A stretch of DNA of 64,000 nt from an uncultured Candidatus Saccharibacteria bacterium (GTDB taxonomy: Bacteria > Patescibacteriota > Minisyncoccia > UBA6257 > 2-01-FULL-56-20), in assembly GCA_965231155.1 (NCBI GenBank), contig OZ246418.1, positions 433,242 through 497,241 of the forward strand, in the 5' to 3' direction. Below are positions 50,718-59,505 of the stretch, piece by piece (the stretch's first letter is position 1; every line of letters starts with the position of its first letter). The position numbers and the translations under genes are program-made. The notes beneath the pieces are model-generated. The model saw only the letters and a list, made by a program, of their open reading frames with translations. It was not told where the DNA came from and did no database searches.

Positions 50718-50892
50718 ACGTACCTCCTGTACGTTCGAGGCTTGCAGCCTCTGTTTGGAGCCTTGCGACTCCGGGTTGATGGAATCCCCACCGGATCTCC
50801 GCTCACGAAGACCTGGGGGGCGCTAGGGACAGATAGTATCAGAAATAGATAATCCGTCAAGTCGTGGGCTGTGGATTCTTTATCAGGGCCAG

Positions 50893-51291
50893 TTAACTGT
50901 TTCTGCTTCGATTTTTTCTGGCGAGACACCATTTATCTTCGCCAGAGAGGGCGACTGAGAGTGTGGCGAAAGCTAAACCAAAATCGCGCACGCCAGTGGG
51001 GCTTAGTCCAAATCCTGAGGCAATAACAAAGAGATGGATGGCCAGTAAGCCGGCGACATAGCGAACGAGAATTCCGATGATCAGAAGAATGCTGGCGAGG
51101 ACTTCGAAAATGCCATTCATTTTTACGATCAATGAGGCGTCTAATCCGGATAGATTTGTGGCCCAACTTGGCACAATGCCAGCCCATGTCTGCGGATCGG
51201 TTAACTGAGAGATTCCAAACCAGAGAAAGACAGCGGAGAGAGAAAAACGGAGAAGAAGGGGTGCGTAGAGGGGGAGTTTTTCTAAGTTCAT
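50893..51291 (-). CDS. DoxX-family membrane protein
   Basis: 132 aa, 4 TM; LLRFSLSAVFLWFGISQL typical DoxX N-terminus. Confidence 0.7.
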   Translation of the reverse strand: MNLEKLPLYAPLLLRFSLSAVFLWFGISQLTDPQTWAGIVPSWATNLSGLDASLIVKMNGIFEVLASILLIIGILVRYVAGLLAIHLFVIASGFGLSPTGVRDFGLAFATLSVALSGEDKWCLARKNRSRNS

Positions 51292-51299
51292 AGAGCTAG

Positions 51300-51743
51300 T
51301 TATTTCGCTAGCTCGCCAATTTTGAAGGTGGCAAGGAGGGAGATTTGTTTCTGCATACCACCATGTTGGCTATTAAAGGCACTCGAACCATCTTTTCCGC
51401 AGATGCCAAGGATGGCTTTATCTCCGCCGGGATGTTTGCCAATCCAGGAGGTAAGGTCATAAACTCCGCCGTTTACGATGCTCCAACAACTTGCGGCGTC
51501 TTTGTGTCCGGCGACATCAGCGAGGGCATACGTTTTTATGGCTGTTGATGCCGATGAAGAAGTAGTAGTCCCTTGTGACGTCGAGGTGACGTTGAGCATT
51601 TCGGTGGTTGTGGCGGTTGTGGTCGCAGTTCCATTTTCGATTACGACAGGAGGAGTGGTTGATCCGCCCATACTAGCCAAAACAGCGACGATACCAATAA
51701 CTACCAATCCGACGATGACGTACATTATTTTATTTTTTTGCAT
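51300..51743 (-). CDS. membrane-anchored cytochrome b5-like heme/steroid-binding domain protein
   Basis: N-terminal TM, Thr-rich linker, then WSIVNGGVYDLTSWIGKHPGGDKAILGICGKDGSSAF (HPGG motif). Confidence 0.6.
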   Translation of the reverse strand: MQKNKIMYVIVGLVVIGIVAVLASMGGSTTPPVVIENGTATTTATTTEMLNVTSTSQGTTTSSSASTAIKTYALADVAGHKDAASCWSIVNGGVYDLTSWIGKHPGGDKAILGICGKDGSSAFNSQHGGMQKQISLLATFKIGELAK

Positions 51744-51807
51744 AGTTTCTATTATACAGTATTACTTTTTAACTTCTAACTTTGTTGCAGGAGGGGTATG
51801 CAGGGTC

Positions 51808-52290
51808 TTAGGTCGCGGATTCATTGATCAGGTGTTTTTCGATTCTTCCCTGGTCGTCGGAAAAATGAAACTCACCCTTTATTTTCTTTCCCGCAAGGAC
51901 AAGCGGAAGCCACAAGGGATCGTCGCTCCACATACTTTGAAAGGGAAGCTGATCAATGGGGAACCATTCCGGTCGCATTTCTTCTGATTCTCGGGGTTCT
52001 CCTTGCCATGCTTCTGCGAGGAAAAGGTGGACATCTCTATTCCAGCCTGGGTGGTTAGTAAAATAGAATGTTAATACTCCGACCGCTTTCAGATCGTGAG
52101 GGTGGATAGTAAGTCCGACTTCTTCTTCGACTTCACGGAGGGCGGCTGCTTCGAGAGTTTCTTCTGGGTTCACTTTTCCACCGAAACCGTTCCATTTGCC
52201 CATGGCGAATCCGCGTTTTTTGTAACCAAGGAGGAGTCTTTCTCCTTGAATAATTAAACAAAGAGTCTCTTGTCTCATAAGATGAAGCAT
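51808..52290 (-). CDS. NUDIX hydrolase (MutT-like)
   Basis: GKWNGFGGKVNPEETLEAAALREVEEEVGL NUDIX box. Confidence 0.75.
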   Translation of the reverse strand: MLHLMRQETLCLIIQGERLLLGYKKRGFAMGKWNGFGGKVNPEETLEAAALREVEEEVGLTIHPHDLKAVGVLTFYFTNHPGWNRDVHLFLAEAWQGEPRESEEMRPEWFPIDQLPFQSMWSDDPLWLPLVLAGKKIKGEFHFSDDQGRIEKHLINESAT

Positions 52291-52341
52291 ATCGACTGAG
52301 GGATAAATGTCAAAAAGGAATAAAAAAGCCGCGCTGATGAG

Positions 52342-52659
52342 TCAGGCGGCTTGTGAGTTAGAGAGATGTCTGGCGATTCGAACAAGAATTGCTGCCCGAA
52401 CCTTGGACAGGTATTCTTCTTCACATCGCTTATGGGCGAGGAGCAGACTTTTTCCATCCATTCGTTCGAGCGGCCCTTTCTCTAGAGGAGAAAGTGTTTC
52501 CCAGAAAGAGACTACCTCCGGATCGGGTTGATCGTCTTCGAGAAGAAACTCTGGTTTTCCGTCCATACGATACTGAAGGACGGTGGCGATCGTGTTGTCC
52601 GTAGATATTCGGTGCATGTTCAGTAGGTGAACACTAAACTGAATGATTAGTTCTCTCAT
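52342..52659 (-). CDS. hypothetical protein
   Basis: 105-aa ORF, no motif. Confidence 0.3.
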   Translation of the reverse strand: MRELIIQFSVHLLNMHRISTDNTIATVLQYRMDGKPEFLLEDDQPDPEVVSFWETLSPLEKGPLERMDGKSLLLAHKRCEEEYLSKVRAAILVRIARHLSNSQAA

Positions 52660-52811
52660 TTCCTTCCTTTCGAAAATAACTGCGTCCCATAATAAGTAGA
52701 AAATAATAATTTGGCAAGTGATTTGAGTGATTCTGGTTTTCGAAGATGAAAGTGGTTTCGGTGGATATTTCGGTCTGAATCAGTCGTGGGTCCGTGGTAC
52801 AATAAAAATAA

Positions 52812-55160
52812 ATGAAGAAGGATATCGAAAATATCCAGAAATATGTGCGGGCAACAAATTATATTGTGGCAGCACAGTTGTATCTTCAGGATAATTTTTT
52901 ACTGGAAAGGAAACTGACTCAGGCGGATATCAAACCCCGTCTTTTGGGTCACTGGGGGACTTGTCCGGGAATCAACTTTGTCTATGCACAACTGAATTAT
53001 CTGATTAAGAAGCATGACCTGGAGATGCTTTTCGTGCTTGGCCCGGGGCATGGCTTTCCAGCCTTACAGGCCAATCTCTTTTTAGAAGGAACGTTAGAAA
53101 AATTCTACCCTCAAGCTACTCGAGACGAGGCCGGTCTGGCGTATATCGCGAAAAACTTCAGCTGGCCATATGGATTTCCGAGTCACTCTAATCCTGGTAC
53201 GCCGGGTGTTATTTTGGAAGGAGGGGAGTTGGGGTATTCGCTTTCAACAGCCTATGGTGCGGTGCTTGATAATCCGAATCTTATCGCGGCTTGTTTGATT
53301 GGTGATGGCGAGGCGGAGACTGGGCCGTTAGCGACTGCCTGGCATTTAAATAAATTTGTCAGTCCACGGACGAGCGGTACGGTTTTGCCAATTTTACATC
53401 TCAACGGATATAAGATCTCCGGTCCGACCGTTTTTGGCAGAATGAGCGACAAGGAACTCCTTTCTCTTTTCTATGGATATGGCTACGATCCGGTTATTGT
53501 GGAGGGCGAAACTACTGCCGTATACGAAAAAATGGCTACGACCCTTGAGGCGTCATACCGCAAGATTGTTACTTTGCGAAAGAAAGCGCGGAAGGGCAAA
53601 GGTGTTGTTTCGCCTCGCTGGCCGATGATCATTCTTCGCACACCAAAAGGTTGGACTGGCATAAAAACATTGAAGGGCAAAAAAATTGAAGGTAACTGTC
53701 TGGCCCATCAAATTGTGGGCACTGAAGCAAAGACTGACAAGGAGGAGTTTGTGGCGGTGGAGTCGTGGATGCGTTCGTATAAAATCGCACAACTTTTTTC
53801 TAAAGAAGCAGGATTTTCTAAGGAAGTGCTCAGTCTTGTGCCGCGGGAAGAACTGCGTATGGGGATGAGTCCTCATGCCCTGGCTAAAAATAGTAAGAGT
53901 TTAGTTTTACCAAAGACGGATAAGTTTTTGAAAAAGACTGGTGCGCCGGGCAGTGTGACGGCCAGCAGTATGATTCAGGCAGGGGCATTTTTAAGGGAGG
54001 TGATTCGTCTTAATGATAAAGAAAAAAACTTTCGATTTTTCTCGCCGGACGAGACCTACTCCAATAAACTTGATGTAATTTTTGAGGTGACGAAGCGGTC
54101 TTTTGTCTGGCCACGGAAACCCTGGGATAAGGATCTGGCTGATGATGGCCGAGTGATTGAGATGCTCAGTGAGCATTCCTTGCAGGGCTTGAATCAGGGG
54201 TATGTCCTGACCGGTCGTCATGCGGTGTTCGCATCGTATGAGGCGTTTGTGGAGATTGTTTCGAGTATGGTTGATCAGTATGCCAAGTTTTTGCGCGTGT
54301 CGCGCGAGGAGATCCCTTGGCGCAATGAAGTTCCTTCGCTGAACTACATTTTAACCTCTTCTGGATGGCGACAGGAGCATAATGGTTTTTCTCATCAGAA
54401 TCCGTCGTTTATTAGTGCCATGCTTGAGAAGCAGGGATGTTTTGTGAAGGTTTATTTTCCTCCAGATGCGAATAGTACTCTTGAAGTACTGAAGGCCTGC
54501 CTCGAAATGAAAAACGAAATTCATGTCATTGTGGCCGGGAAGACTCCTGAGCCTTTATGGCTCACGCCTGAACTGGCGAGAAAAGAACTGAGTCGTGGCT
54601 TGATGGTCTGGGATTTTGCCAGCGATGATAATCCCGACATTGTCTTTGCCGGTATCGGCGACTATCTCACCAAAGAAGCCTTAGCTGCGGTGGATGTACT
54701 GAAAGACAAGCTTCCTCGTCTACGGATCCGGTTTGTAAATATCATGGAACTGACCGCTCTGGGTATTGGCGATGAGAGTTGCCGTGTGTCCTTGCTTGAT
54801 TCAGATGAGTTTTTCACTCATGATAAGCCGGTTATTATGAATTTTTATGGCCATCCAGAAGCGCTTCAGCCAATGGTGGTAGCTCAGAAACATCCTGGTC
54901 GTTTTCGGGTGCATGGCTATATCGAACATGGTTCCACAACCACGCCGTTTGATATGCAGGTGAGAAATAAGACTAGTCGGTATCATTTGGCCATCGAGGC
55001 GGTCCAGTTGATGGCTGAGAAGTGCGTCATTATGAAGAGTCAGGCAGATGAGTTGCAGGCGGAGTGGGAGGAAATTTTAAAGAATCATCGTGCGTATATC
55101 GAGGAGTATGGTATCGATCCTCCGGAAATAGAAAACTGGAAATGGAAAAGAAATATTTAA
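52812..55160 (+). CDS. xfp: xylulose-5-phosphate/fructose-6-phosphate phosphoketolase
   Basis: 782 aa; LGHWGTCPGINFVYAQLN, EGGELGYSLSTAYGAVLDNPNLIAACLIGDGEAETG (ThDP motifs), characteristic length. Confidence 0.9.
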   Translation: MKKDIENIQKYVRATNYIVAAQLYLQDNFLLERKLTQADIKPRLLGHWGTCPGINFVYAQLNYLIKKHDLEMLFVLGPGHGFPALQANLFLEGTLEKFYPQATRDEAGLAYIAKNFSWPYGFPSHSNPGTPGVILEGGELGYSLSTAYGAVLDNPNLIAACLIGDGEAETGPLATAWHLNKFVSPRTSGTVLPILHLNGYKISGPTVFGRMSDKELLSLFYGYGYDPVIVEGETTAVYEKMATTLEASYRKIVTLRKKARKGKGVVSPRWPMIILRTPKGWTGIKTLKGKKIEGNCLAHQIVGTEAKTDKEEFVAVESWMRSYKIAQLFSKEAGFSKEVLSLVPREELRMGMSPHALAKNSKSLVLPKTDKFLKKTGAPGSVTASSMIQAGAFLREVIRLNDKEKNFRFFSPDETYSNKLDVIFEVTKRSFVWPRKPWDKDLADDGRVIEMLSEHSLQGLNQGYVLTGRHAVFASYEAFVEIVSSMVDQYAKFLRVSREEIPWRNEVPSLNYILTSSGWRQEHNGFSHQNPSFISAMLEKQGCFVKVYFPPDANSTLEVLKACLEMKNEIHVIVAGKTPEPLWLTPELARKELSRGLMVWDFASDDNPDIVFAGIGDYLTKEALAAVDVLKDKLPRLRIRFVNIMELTALGIGDESCRVSLLDSDEFFTHDKPVIMNFYGHPEALQPMVVAQKHPGRFRVHGYIEHGSTTTPFDMQVRNKTSRYHLAIEAVQLMAEKCVIMKSQADELQAEWEEILKNHRAYIEEYGIDPPEIENWKWKRNI

Positions 55161-56308
55161 TTGTTAATCTTGGTAGTGCCTCGAAGAAGTATGCTCTGTA
55201 CGGCGAGCATAAGGAGATTGCGCGTATTCATTTTGAGAAGGAGGGGAGGGGGTTTGTGGCTACTCTGAAGGATGGTCGAGTCAGTACCTTGCCGGCGACA
55301 AAACAGCAGTACAACTCTGGTGTCGATTTTTTCCTGAAGAAATTATTAGCCAAGCATATTATTGACGATGTGCGAGAGATCACCTTGGCTGGTATCAGAA
55401 TTGTGGCGCCGGGAGATTTTTTTATGGAGGTCAGACCAGTTGATGCGTTGTATATCAAGAATCTAAAGTCGGTGATGAGCCTTGTTCCGTTGCATGCTTC
55501 GATGGTCTTTGACGAACTGAGAGAACTGCGACGAGTGCTCCCTCGTACCAGAATATTTGGAATTTCTGACAGCGCCTTCCATAAAGACTTACCCGAAGTT
55601 GCTCAGGCGTATGCAATTCCTAAGATTTCTAGCGAGGTGCCAATTCGTCGGTATGGGTATCATGGCATCTCTTTGTTTTCAGCAATGCGGACGATTCGTC
55701 AGCAGTTCCATCGGACTCCGAAGAGAATCATCATCTGCCACCTTGGAAGCGGCGCGAGTGTGACTGCGATTAAGGACGGAAAGAGTATCGATACTTCGAT
55801 GGGCTTCACGCCACTCGAAGGAGTGCCGATGGGGACTCGGCCTGGTGATCTTGATCCAGGAGTGGTGATGTATATCAGTAAGACTTTAAAATTATCCTTG
55901 GCGGAACTTGATGTGTTTTTAAATACTAAATCGGGTTTGTTGGGAGTGAGTGGCGAAACAAACGATGTCAGAGATCTTTTGGCCTACGAACGAAAGGGTG
56001 ATAAGAAGTCTGCCTTAGCCTTATCGCTTTTCGCGTATCGAATTAAGAAATATATTGGTGCCTTCCAGGCGGTATTAGGAGGGTTGGATCTGTTAGTTTT
56101 CACGGGTACGATTGGCGAACGTTCTTGGGCGATGCGCGAGCGAATTTGCGAGGGACTAGCCCATGTTGGTGTAAAAATTGATGTAAAGAAAAACAGACAG
56201 ATAAATGGTTTCGGGCGAGTTGAGAAGCGGGGTGCGAAAACGACTATTGCCGTAGTGCCCACGGATGAGATGATCGAGCTTTTTGAGGAGTTGAGGACTC
56301 AGAAGTAG
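55142..56308 (+). CDS. ackA: acetate kinase
   Basis: KYLIVNLGSASKKYALY N-terminus, RYGYHGISL, ICHLGSGASVTAI, FTGTIGERS; start overlaps xfp stop by 19 nt. Confidence 0.9.
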   Translation: MEKKYLIVNLGSASKKYALYGEHKEIARIHFEKEGRGFVATLKDGRVSTLPATKQQYNSGVDFFLKKLLAKHIIDDVREITLAGIRIVAPGDFFMEVRPVDALYIKNLKSVMSLVPLHASMVFDELRELRRVLPRTRIFGISDSAFHKDLPEVAQAYAIPKISSEVPIRRYGYHGISLFSAMRTIRQQFHRTPKRIIICHLGSGASVTAIKDGKSIDTSMGFTPLEGVPMGTRPGDLDPGVVMYISKTLKLSLAELDVFLNTKSGLLGVSGETNDVRDLLAYERKGDKKSALALSLFAYRIKKYIGAFQAVLGGLDLLVFTGTIGERSWAMRERICEGLAHVGVKIDVKKNRQINGFGRVEKRGAKTTIAVVPTDEMIELFEELRTQK

Positions 56309-56396
56309 GTAGTTTTCTTCTAAGTAATGGAAAGTGGAGTCGGTTTGGTTTTATTGATATAGTATAGGTAGCTAATTATTCTTAAGCGGAGGTGTT

Positions 56397-56564
56397 ATGA
56401 CCCTTCGATTGGACATCTATTACTACTGCAAGCGCGGTAAAGGTCCGAGCATAGAGAAGTTGCGGCGATTCTGTAGCGAAGTGAGATGTCCGCACTTAGG
56501 ACAGAGACCCAGGAAGAATCTGATCAAGAAGAGAAGGAAGAGGATAGAAGAACCAGAAGATTGA
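56397..56564 (+). CDS. possible 55-aa basic Cys-containing small protein
   Basis: GGAGGT RBS 5 nt upstream; MTLRLDIYYYCKRGKG...FCSEVRCPH...; followed by a hairpin terminator. Confidence 0.3.
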   Translation: MTLRLDIYYYCKRGKGPSIEKLRRFCSEVRCPHLGQRPRKNLIKKRRKRIEEPED

Positions 56565-56573
56565 CTAGTTAGC

Positions 56574-56603
56574 AGACGCGTCCTAAACAATGCGTCTTTT
56601 TTA
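56574..56603 (+). terminator. rho-independent terminator
   Basis: AGACGC-loop-GCGTCT then TTTTTTAT. Confidence 0.5.
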
Positions 56604-56649
56604 TCTGTTTTTGAAAATAAAAAAACCGCTTACGATGTATCGTTGCGGT

Positions 56650-57006
56650 TCATTGGGGCGAGTTATTAATTTTTACGCAGTGAGAAACATAAACCGCGTA
56701 GGGTTCTATTTCGGCTACCAGCCCATTGCAATCGTTCTCGTCTTTGTAGATTCCGAGTCCGACTGGAATGTTTGGTCCGATACCCCCTTTGCCAACAGCG
56801 ATAAAACTCCAACCGGTTGTAATGTCTGTCTCGACGCAGCCAGTAACATAGGCGTATTTTCCAGTTTCGATACTTAACCGCTCACAATCAGCGCGGTTTT
56901 CGTAACCTCCCATAGGTACTGGAATTTTCGGTCCACTAACGCCTCCTTTACTGATTGCGATGAAACCCCACCCCAAGAGGGCTACCCAATGAGTTGTCCG
57001 TCTCAT
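56650..57006 (-). CDS. small secreted protein made of two tandem roughly 48-aa Cys-containing repeats
   Basis: Signal/TM; repeat 1 GWGFIAISKGGVSGPKIPVPMGGYENRADCERLSIETGKYAYVTGCVE; repeat 2 GWSFIAVGKGGIGPNIPVGLGIYKDENDCNGLVAEIEPYAVYVSHCVK. A hairpin (ACCGC..ACGAT..ATCGT..GCGGT) with T-run overlaps the stop. Confidence 0.5.
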   Translation of the reverse strand: MRRTTHWVALLGWGFIAISKGGVSGPKIPVPMGGYENRADCERLSIETGKYAYVTGCVETDITTGWSFIAVGKGGIGPNIPVGLGIYKDENDCNGLVAEIEPYAVYVSHCVKINNSPQ

Positions 57007-57209
57007 AAATACCTCCCCTCTATTGCTGTTTATTATTATACAACTTGATGGCCATATTTCTTATTCTCATCGACAAAGAAGATGGGGCGTGTTAAAAATA
57101 CTCAGTAAGTTTCTTTAAATCCTCCTTTCCTTACACGAGTAGAGTGTGGCGGGCCTGAGAGAGAACTGGAACTAGGTCGGCTTACTTACTTAAATTACTA
57201 TAAGGAAAT

Positions 57210-57548
57210 ATGGAAAAGAAATTGTATGTTGGTGGCTTGTCGTATGAGACAACCGAGGCGACTCTTAAGGAAACTTTTGGAGCAGCCGGTGTAGTCGAAT
57301 CAGCGAGCATCATTATTGATCGTATGACCAATCGCTCGAAGGGTTTTGGCTTTGTCGAAATGTCTTCAGAGGCGGAAGCAAAAAAAGCCATTGAGATGTT
57401 TGATGGCAAAGAGCTCGAGGGTCGAAGCCTGACTGTAAATATTGCTCGTCCAAAAGAAGATCGACCAGCTGGTGGTGGTTTCGGCGGAGGAGGAAACAGT
57501 CGAGGAGGTTTTGGCGGGGGAAATAACAACCGTCGGAACTCTTGGTAG
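57210..57548 (+). CDS. RRM-type RNA-binding protein with Gly-rich C-terminal tail
   Basis: RNP-2 LYVGGL, RNP-1 KGFGFVEM, C-terminal GGGFGGGGNSRGGFGGG. Confidence 0.8.
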   Translation: MEKKLYVGGLSYETTEATLKETFGAAGVVESASIIIDRMTNRSKGFGFVEMSSEAEAKKAIEMFDGKELEGRSLTVNIARPKEDRPAGGGFGGGGNSRGGFGGGNNNRRNSW

Positions 57549-57577
57549 ACTTGTCTGTAATAAGTGTTTACTACTAT

Positions 57578-57600
57578 AAAACTCCCATTGAGGGAGTTTT
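57578..57600. terminator. bidirectional terminator hairpin between convergent genes
   Basis: AAAACTCCC-attga-GGGAGTTTT. Confidence 0.5.
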
Positions 57601-57623
57601 ATAGTGCTTATTTTCTTTATTAA

Positions 57624-57872
57624 CTATTTATCAGTAAAACGTTTTTCGTATGCGAATCTTAGGTTGTCGTTTTCGTTGAGACGGAAGGCTAGTTCTATCT
57701 TTGTTTTATCTTTTTTTTCGAAGACCATGGTCGAATTTCCTGCGAGGTTGGCTTTTTTACTCACATACTTATTGATGCCATCCTCTTTCTCTCGGACCAG
57801 CCGTTTCGCCTCTTCGTCGAGTTTTCGATTGAGCTGGAGGAGGGTAATAGGGGGAGTTTGTGGCTGTTTCAT
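57624..57872 (-). CDS. hypothetical small protein
   Basis: 82 aa, charged, no motif. Confidence 0.35.
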   Translation of the reverse strand: MKQPQTPPITLLQLNRKLDEEAKRLVREKEDGINKYVSKKANLAGNSTMVFEKKDKTKIELAFRLNENDNLRFAYEKRFTDK

Positions 57873-57985
57873 AGAGGTCTGAACTATACCTTATCCTGGG
57901 AAATTTAGCGAATGGTCTATTTGCCTTCTCTGAGACTTCCAGTTAAGCTACGGCCAGCGTGATTCTGTGAAAAAGAGAGGGAAGT

Positions 57986-58576
57986 ATGGTCTTGAATGAC
58001 CGAGTTCGAAAGTGGTTTTTTGGGAAGCTTCGACTGCTTGAGGATCTGTGCGTTTTTTTAGGCATCCGACCGGCGCATCTGTCTTACGCGCAGTTGGTGG
58101 GTAGCGTTTTTGTGGGATACGAATACGCCATGGGAAACTTTCTTTTTGGTGGACTTCTTCTCCTTGCAACTGGCGTCCTTGACGTTCTCGACGGCCGAGT
58201 GGCACGGAAGACTGGGACTGCCAGTCTTCAGGGTGCGTTTCTTGACTCCATGATCGATCGCTACGCCGACGCGTCTGCATTCCTTGGATTGATCTACTTC
58301 TTCCAAGGAAGCTGGGTCATCTGGCCGACGCTACTGGCGTTAGTTGGCTCGTTGAACGTCAGCTATGCGAGAGCGCGGGCCGAAGGACTGGGAGTGGATT
58401 GCAAAATTGGCTTGATGCAACGCGCTGAACGATTCCTACTCCTTGGTTTCGGAACCGTCCTTATGGAGTTTTATTCTTTGCCGGCTGTGGCGATAATTGT
58501 CTTGCTGGCTGTGCTAGTGAACTTCACGGCTGGTCAGAGAGCTATCTATGTGTGGCGGAAGCTCGAAGGTGATTGA
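57986..58576 (+). CDS. CDP-alcohol phosphatidyltransferase family protein
   Basis: D-x2-DG-x2-AR…G-x3-D-x3-D motif (LDVLDGRVARKTGTASLQGAFLDSMIDRYAD). Confidence 0.75.
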   Translation: MVLNDRVRKWFFGKLRLLEDLCVFLGIRPAHLSYAQLVGSVFVGYEYAMGNFLFGGLLLLATGVLDVLDGRVARKTGTASLQGAFLDSMIDRYADASAFLGLIYFFQGSWVIWPTLLALVGSLNVSYARARAEGLGVDCKIGLMQRAERFLLLGFGTVLMEFYSLPAVAIIVLLAVLVNFTAGQRAIYVWRKLEGD

Positions 58577-58590
58577 GGTATCCTCATCTA

Positions 58591-58620
58591 AGACTTAGTT
58601 TTTGACTAAGTCTTTTTATT
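58591..58620 (+). terminator. rho-independent terminator
   Basis: AGACTTAGT-ttttg-ACTAAGTCT followed by TTTTTATTTTTT. Confidence 0.55.
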
Positions 58621-58643
58621 TTTTGAGGTATAATTCTCTCGAT

Positions 58644-59264
58644 ATGTTTTTTTCAATTAGTTTTGTTCACTGGTTAGTTATTATCAGTGCTTTTGTTAGC
58701 CTATTTGGTTCATGGGCCTATATTCGGGACACAATTTCTGGAAAGACCAGACCAAACCGTCTTTCTTGGACGATGTGGGCAATTGCTCCTCTTATTGGTA
58801 CTGGCGCTGCTCTCTATGCTCAGGCTGATCCTTGGACAACGGTGCGAATATTTCTGGCTGGTTTTATTCCTCTCCTTATAGTTTTATTTTCTTTTTTCAA
58901 TAGGAAGAGCTACTGGAAACTTGGCGTTTTTGATTTTATCTGCGGAGCATTTTCTTTAGTGGCTCTTGTTGCGTGGTTGCTTGCTGATTCTCCTCGATTT
59001 GCCATTCTTCTTGCGGCGATAGGGGATGGTTTTGCAGCTTTGCCGACGATTAGGAAGGCTTGGATTAACCCAGAAACAGAGACCGGACTAACGTATATTA
59101 CAAGCCTTATTAGCGTCGTTTTGGTTCTACCCTCGATTCCTGTTTGGAACGTAGAAAACGCTAGTTTTCAAGTTTATCTGCTGATAGTGAATACAGTTTT
59201 GATCTTGGCCGTTTACAGAAAACAGATTTTCTGGTTTAAAAAACTCAACAAAACCAATATCTAG
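58644..59264 (+). CDS. hypothetical polytopic membrane protein
   Basis: 6 TM; TATAAT box 10 nt upstream of the ATG at 58644; the ORF-track extension runs into the upstream terminator. Confidence 0.4.
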   Translation: MFFSISFVHWLVIISAFVSLFGSWAYIRDTISGKTRPNRLSWTMWAIAPLIGTGAALYAQADPWTTVRIFLAGFIPLLIVLFSFFNRKSYWKLGVFDFICGAFSLVALVAWLLADSPRFAILLAAIGDGFAALPTIRKAWINPETETGLTYITSLISVVLVLPSIPVWNVENASFQVYLLIVNTVLILAVYRKQIFWFKKLNKTNI

Positions 59265-59505
59265 CTAAGTTTCGAAAGGGCACTGTACAATAAATGCTTT
59301 TCGCTTAATAGACGTTGATTGCCGGAAAAATAGCTAGAATCGTGAAAAACGAATTCGAGATACTGGCTTTATTGAGTTTTTAAATAAGGCTTGGCCGAAG
59401 GAGTAACTTATTTGAGTTCATTCTAGCACGGATTGTATTGAATGTCAAGAGGAGGGGCTTTTGGGGCCACATTGACTCGCTTGGCATTCTTGTGTTTTTA
59501 TCTCT

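Noticed and set aside
50304-50852. 182-aa plus-strand ORF and a second 115-aa minus-strand ORF (50351-50698) within the GC-rich island
   Set aside because: High GC content suppresses stop codons in all frames. Only the 108-aa minus ORF has a canonical SD (AGGAGGT) and sensible amino-acid composition; the others read like antisense or out-of-frame translations (Ala/Arg/Gly-rich)
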